64,000 nucleotides of DNA. It comes from Azolla caroliniana. Its lineage: Eukaryota > Plantae > Polypodiophyta. Within the stretch, counting starts at the first letter, position 1. Each line of letters starts with the position of its first letter. Both the position numbers and the translations under genes were made by a program. Below are positions 59,012 through 64,000 of the stretch, piece after piece. The stretch spans positions 32,922,001-32,986,000 of the forward strand of contig JBHGNT010000001.1 of the NCBI GenBank assembly GCA_043228905.1, given 5' to 3'. The notes under the pieces were generated by a model. The model was not told where the DNA came from. It did not search any database and was given only the letters and a program-made list of their open reading frames with translations.

Positions 59012-61747
59012 TTATTTTTCCCCGGCGCCTAGGTGGCCGAGGAGGACCCAGACGTTGGTGAGGAGCTCGCCGCCCATGGTGAGCTGCTGGAGATGCTCCG
59101 CCGATTTGTTGGCGGCGGCGGCGGAGACGAGGATCTCCACCCAGATCTCCAGGATGAGCCCCCACCTCTCCCCCGCGTCCCGGATGTCCAGTAGCTCACT
59201 CGCCGCCAGCGTCCCTGCGCGCAGCCGGTACGGCACCGCCGCCGCGCTCTGATCCTGCCGTACCGCCTGCACCATCACGGCGATGTGCGCCCTGTCCCAC
59301 GTCCTACACGTCGCCTCGTGCAACAGAGCTCTCTGAGTGTCCATCGCCAGCTTCCTGGCGATGTCTGGCTGGCATGGCAGTAACTCCATCTTGTGTACCA
59401 GCAAGTACGCCATGTACCGCGACAGAAGCTTACTCATCCCAACTAATACCGCCAGTGGCGGCGGCGGCGGCGGCGGCGTATCTTTGAATACCGCCTCTTC
59501 CTGCTGCTCGCCAGGCATTTGGTTGCCCCAATGGTCCGATGAATCCTGTAGTACCCGTCTATCTTGATCTTCATCACAATCCATACCCCTGCAGCTTCTC
59601 GATGACACATCCTCTTGTTCCCCCACATTCCTGTAAGAATTTTGTCCCGAGCTGTTGTGGGCGACTACGTCGTGCCGGTATGACATAATATAGTCACTAT
59701 CATTTAGATTCTCCGTCGCCAGTCCGGCCGGTGGCCTCCCACTGTTAGAGTTGTCTGTGCCATCATCATCATCATCTACTCTTGACTCCGGAAAACCATC
59801 GGATAAGCTTGGGTGGCGAGGCGCCTTCACGCTACTACTGCCATTTTGTGTGACAGGATTATCAAGCAGCTCGCAGATACAAGTGGCCACATGCCAATTT
59901 ACTAGGAGGTTCTCCAGGTCTGTGTATGTGGTGCCCCCCAACGCGGCTGAGAAGCACTTCTCATGTGTAATATCCTCACGTTTACCGAATCGGTCACGGA
60001 GTTGCTCGATGCGATGGGTCGAGAGCGTCATCACATGCAACTTAGGCCAACTCTTACATGAATCTAAGACCCTCGACAGCACCAAGTGCTTGAAATCATC
60101 GAGGGTTCGAGGGTCGTACTCGTACTGAGGCTGAATTAGCAACCCAAACAGACGTGGCCGACCCTGCAGAATCCACTTCCCGAATCCGGAATGTAGAATC
60201 AAGTTCTGCCATAGATTGGATAGCATGTTGTTGATACTGAATTCTCTGTGCCGGCAATTATAAATAGGGTCCTTCTCGACATGACTCTTTCCTCTCATGG
60301 CATATTGACCTATCCTGTTGTTCCAATACTTGTGCCTTGCAAAAGAATTCCTCACCCTGATCATCTCCAGAATGCCCACGGCCACCCAATTCTGCATCGC
60401 TATCTTAAACCCACAATTCCGGTAGGAATCGGTTTGCCGGGATATGTCCTTCTGCACGCGGATGTATATGCAGGCCAACCACACTTTTGTCCAGTCTGAC
60501 AATGCCAGGCGAATGAGCTGATATACCTCGACGGTAAAAGCCGTTGCCAGTAGCAAGAATGTTATGCTCTTTGCCTCTTTCACAAGCTTGTCTTGCTCAT
60601 GTAGCTTCATGGCGGGGGAGAGAAGAAAGAATCCCGATACGATGAGGAAGATTGTGGTGACGATACGGAAGGCGACGCCTAGCTTGGTGAAGGCGGTGCC
60701 CGCAGCCTTTGTGTAGAGACTGTCGAATATGAACCTCAACTCGACATCGAGCACGAATGCCAGGTCCGTCACTGGCTGGAAGATCCTGTGACTACCCAAG
60801 AATTGGAGAGTCTTCTTGGTCTGCCTCCACTCGTACATGTAGAGGCTCACGAGGCGGCGGCGGTAGAGTTTGAAGAGAGAGAAGCCCACGCACATAAGGA
60901 CGACATGGTGATGGGGTTTCAGGGCTGGGGAAGACAAGACATCATGGAGAGTCACAAGCTCAGGCGTCTTCTTTACAGCTTGGAAGCCCGGCTCGTCTTC
61001 TTCTTCTTCGGTGCCATTGTAGACATTGGAGAGATGGAGGAACTTATGATGCCATTCATGCTCCCCGGTGAGAACGTAATGGTAGGTGAATTCCTCGTGG
61101 TCATGGTCAGGTTGTGGTATTGTGGCCACATCCACAGCATGAGCGTTTCGCCTGGACAGTTCTTCGTCTTTGATCTTCTGGGCGATAAACGGCTCGAGCC
61201 GCATGAACTCGAAGATGGTGAGAGCCGATTCTTTGATCGCTGATTTGGAGGCGTGGTGGAGGGCCAGCGTCCGCTCTGCGGATTTGATGCTTCCTGCGGC
61301 AAGGAGGCAGAAGCTAATGACAGCATAGCGCCATGGTGTGACACAGCTCGCGACGATGTACATGGCGGACGCGATCTGGAGGAGAACCGTGAAGCCGTGA
61401 CGGAGCCAGAGCTCGGAGTCCTCGGTGGCGTATGCGGAGATGTTATCAGGGGCGCCGAGATGAAGCAGGAGGATGGGCGCCCACACTGCGTAGATGGTCT
61501 TCCCACTCAGGGCTGCGTTTTGGGCGAGGCCCCCCAGCACCAGGATGGCCACGAAGTCGGACATGCTGTAGCTGCTCCAAGCTATGAAGCGGCATGTCCT
61601 GTTCCATTTCCGTGTTCCGCCCGTGAGGAGAAGCAGGATCTGCAGGAGGAGGCTGGCGATGGTGCCGATGGAGATCCACCAGTGGCTCAGGAAAGCCAGC
61701 ATTTTCTCCTGGTCGGGTCCCAGTAGTCCGGTGGGCGGTGCCACCAT
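59012..61747 (-). CDS. DUF4220 + DUF594 family multi-pass membrane protein, 911 aa, intronless, GC-rich
   Basis: DUF4220 signatures SLLLQILLLLTGGTRK, WSSYSMSDFVAILVLG, WAPILLLHLGAPDNISAYATEDSELWLRH and DVELRFIFDSLYTKA. DUF594 C-terminus: LLVNWHVATCIC, LSRYMAYLLVHKMELLP, WGLILEIWVEIL..AA..HLQQLTMGGELLTNVWVLLGHLG. Confidence 0.93.
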   Translation of the reverse strand: MVAPPTGLLGPDQEKMLAFLSHWWISIGTIASLLLQILLLLTGGTRKWNRTCRFIAWSSYSMSDFVAILVLGGLAQNAALSGKTIYAVWAPILLLHLGAPDNISAYATEDSELWLRHGFTVLLQIASAMYIVASCVTPWRYAVISFCLLAAGSIKSAERTLALHHASKSAIKESALTIFEFMRLEPFIAQKIKDEELSRRNAHAVDVATIPQPDHDHEEFTYHYVLTGEHEWHHKFLHLSNVYNGTEEEEDEPGFQAVKKTPELVTLHDVLSSPALKPHHHVVLMCVGFSLFKLYRRRLVSLYMYEWRQTKKTLQFLGSHRIFQPVTDLAFVLDVELRFIFDSLYTKAAGTAFTKLGVAFRIVTTIFLIVSGFFLLSPAMKLHEQDKLVKEAKSITFLLLATAFTVEVYQLIRLALSDWTKVWLACIYIRVQKDISRQTDSYRNCGFKIAMQNWVAVGILEMIRVRNSFARHKYWNNRIGQYAMRGKSHVEKDPIYNCRHREFSINNMLSNLWQNLILHSGFGKWILQGRPRLFGLLIQPQYEYDPRTLDDFKHLVLSRVLDSCKSWPKLHVMTLSTHRIEQLRDRFGKREDITHEKCFSAALGGTTYTDLENLLVNWHVATCICELLDNPVTQNGSSSVKAPRHPSLSDGFPESRVDDDDDGTDNSNSGRPPAGLATENLNDSDYIMSYRHDVVAHNSSGQNSYRNVGEQEDVSSRSCRGMDCDEDQDRRVLQDSSDHWGNQMPGEQQEEAVFKDTPPPPPPPLAVLVGMSKLLSRYMAYLLVHKMELLPCQPDIARKLAMDTQRALLHEATCRTWDRAHIAVMVQAVRQDQSAAAVPYRLRAGTLAASELLDIRDAGERWGLILEIWVEILVSAAAANKSAEHLQQLTMGGELLTNVWVLLGHLGAGEK

Positions 61748-64000
61748 TGATGATGTGGTTCCTGCTCCTCCTCCACCTGACCTTGAATTTCATCCATGGA
61801 AGAATTGTTTTTAATTCATACAGCTATGTATGTGGAAACTACATCAACTAATCAATCACCTTACACATACATATTGGTAGTACGTGTTCCTGCTACTAGT
61901 TTCTGATTGAAATGATACATGCCTTTCTTTACATATATGTTGTCATACATACATATACAGATACATCTGTATATGTATATGCAGATCAGATAATGCAACA
62001 TAAATTTCTCAGTGGAGTGAGATGAAATTAAGATGATACAATAGCACCTATAAAGTCCAGTTCCAATCAAAGTAATTGAATATGGCTGATAGTCTGTGCT
62101 AATAATTAATCCTGATAGTAGTCTGGACAGATACTTTCCATAGAAGATTTAATATTGCATTGGACAACAATTTAAGAACTAGATGGAATGAACGAACGTT
62201 TCAGGTGGCATCATATAGGATGTCTCGATCTCGCATGGTAAAAATACGTTATCAAGAAAATTCGAGATTGAACATTTGCGCATATCGATGGATTGATAGT
62301 GGGTTCGTTAATTATGTAATATTACAGGTTTACTCAATATGGTTTCGTTTACGAGCTTTTTAAACATAATAACGGATAATGTGCTAAAGAAACATGGCTG
62401 CATGTCCCATACAACTGTTTCATCACCCCCCGCCCCAACACCTTACAAAAAACCACCAAATAAAACTATTGACTATCCACAACTAATTTACTCCACGACT
62501 CTTTCATTCGATTTAAGAAAGAATTGGAGAACGAAGCATTGGTACGCAGATAAGAAAAATATTTTGGGGCCACATAATATAATTGTGAGGTGTGACTCAT
62601 GTATTTAGCCCTAACACTGTACAACAAATCATAACAAGTATACATATGCATGTCACCTAAAGGATTGCTCGAAAACAAGCATTAAGTGTGCGGTATGAGA
62701 ATGGGATGATGCCAGAGTTGTACCCAATGATGTGTAGTACTGGTACAGTTATTGCCTGCAAAATAAGAGCACAAAACTGAGTTTTAGAATTTACGGAGAA
62801 GGGCACATACAATTCAACCTAGCTGGTATAATCAAGCATTTGGACATGTTTTCCGACACAGACAGGACTCCTCCGGTAGACTAGATGAATGTATTGCTGC
62901 TCCAGTAGACTAAATGAATGCATTCTTTACTATTCTCCTTCATTTTTGAAGTTCCCAAACTTTATCAGCAGCCTTCCAAAGAAGTAATTATATGTGCCAG
63001 AAGTATGATATAAAAAGTTCTCCTTTCAAAAAGAGTTGTCATCAGTGATGCTAACTTAAATATGCATTTGTAGCAAAGGGTAGTAGCTCATGGCTAAGAA
63101 CTTCTACAGAGTTTAAAAGATAATACTATTCGCTTTGTATGGCTCGGAAATAACAGTAGCAGCAGGCATTAAAGAACTTGAAGAAACTAGTTATGCCCGC
63201 TAATAATTCATAATTACTGCTCTACATATAGAAGCTAACCTATCAATGCCATGTTTTAATAAGCTTCCCGCCTAATAACCTTACGTTGTAATTGACTAGG
63301 TATGCCTAATCTCAACTGCAAACCTATCTAAACTGTGTCCACAAATCAAAGAAGAGACCCTTGGAGTTTACCTCACCCAACGGCAGTAAGGGCCATGCTT
63401 TCTAGTGCATATATGAATAAGGAAAAAGAGCAAGAATATCAGGGAACACTAAAACATGGACAGCAGTAACCAGTTGACGTTTAAACATTAAAACTATGGA
63501 CTTAGGGTTTAGTTGTGTGTATATTTTTAGGGTTTAGTTGCTAAGTGGAGTGTGCTTGAAGGATTTGTGACAAGTAATGAGCAGTTTGTATATATCATTG
63601 ATATAAATATGCCTCCATTTAGGGTATCGTCGATAAAAAGCATTTCAACATTGCATATTGCATAATTTGGATCGAAGTTAGTTAAGTTTGGTCGGTGCCA
63701 TCTATGCCTCTATTATTACCATTCTTTCAAGGAATCGTTTGAGAAGGGGAGAGTCCAATCAGTCATTCAGCCCTTACTTCTTTGCCGTGTTGGTGCAATT
63801 TTAGAGACCCCACATCCCTTCTCCTTCCCCGAAGAAAAGCAGTCCATTTGCTTTATGCTTTATGCTTTTGCTTTGTCAGCTTCCACTCTGCTGTCGATAT
63901 AACCAAAGAGGCAATGAAAGACAATGATAGCAGCCGCTAAGAAGAAAGAAACTTAGATTCTCCTTTTCTCCTCCTCGTTCCATTGCTTCAGGAATCTATA

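Noticed and set aside
59055-61814. Many 60-177-aa overlapping and antisense ORFs
   Set aside because: Shadow ORFs caused by high GC3 in the DUF4220/DUF594 CDS. The antisense ORFs over the HD-Zip, PPR and FPP genes are likewise shadows of those coding sequences.
63495-63545. TTTAGGG-like motifs as interstitial telomere
   Set aside because: Only two isolated telo-box-like copies, not an array.

Overview
Eukaryotic, AT-rich, intron-containing land-plant DNA. It is most likely a fern or other seed-free vascular plant with a compact genome; this is an inference from a flagellar CFAP58-like last exon, a fern/lycophyte-style PLS-PPR gene, and 8 genes in 64 kb. Genes, left to right: last exon of a CFAP58-like gene (+); PP2A scaffold subunit A (-, 12 coding exons, 586 aa); YqgF/RuvX-like nuclease (+, 6 exons, one GC-AG intron); HD-Zip I homeobox gene (-); SMU1 (-, 16 exons, 513 aa, one GC-AG intron); single-exon PLS-E PPR (+); filament-like plant protein FPP/DUF869 (+, about 1199 aa); and an intronless GC-rich DUF4220/DUF594 gene (-) with a tandem, truncated pseudogene copy. 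Mobile DNA: an 820-bp non-autonomous hAT-type element (TIRs, 8-bp TSD) and a 528-bp solo LTR (5-bp TSD), both in PP2A-A introns, and a decayed 5'-truncated RTEX-like LINE. The most unusual region is the 2.5-kb spacer between the DUF4220 pseudogene and its parent's flank. It holds a perfect 23-bp hairpin at the pseudogene breakpoint, a pre-miRNA-like hairpin, and four identical 111-bp repeats with TCP site-II motifs next to telo-boxes. Exon boundaries were worked out by hand from GT/GC-AG signals and remembered protein homology; no database searches were run.
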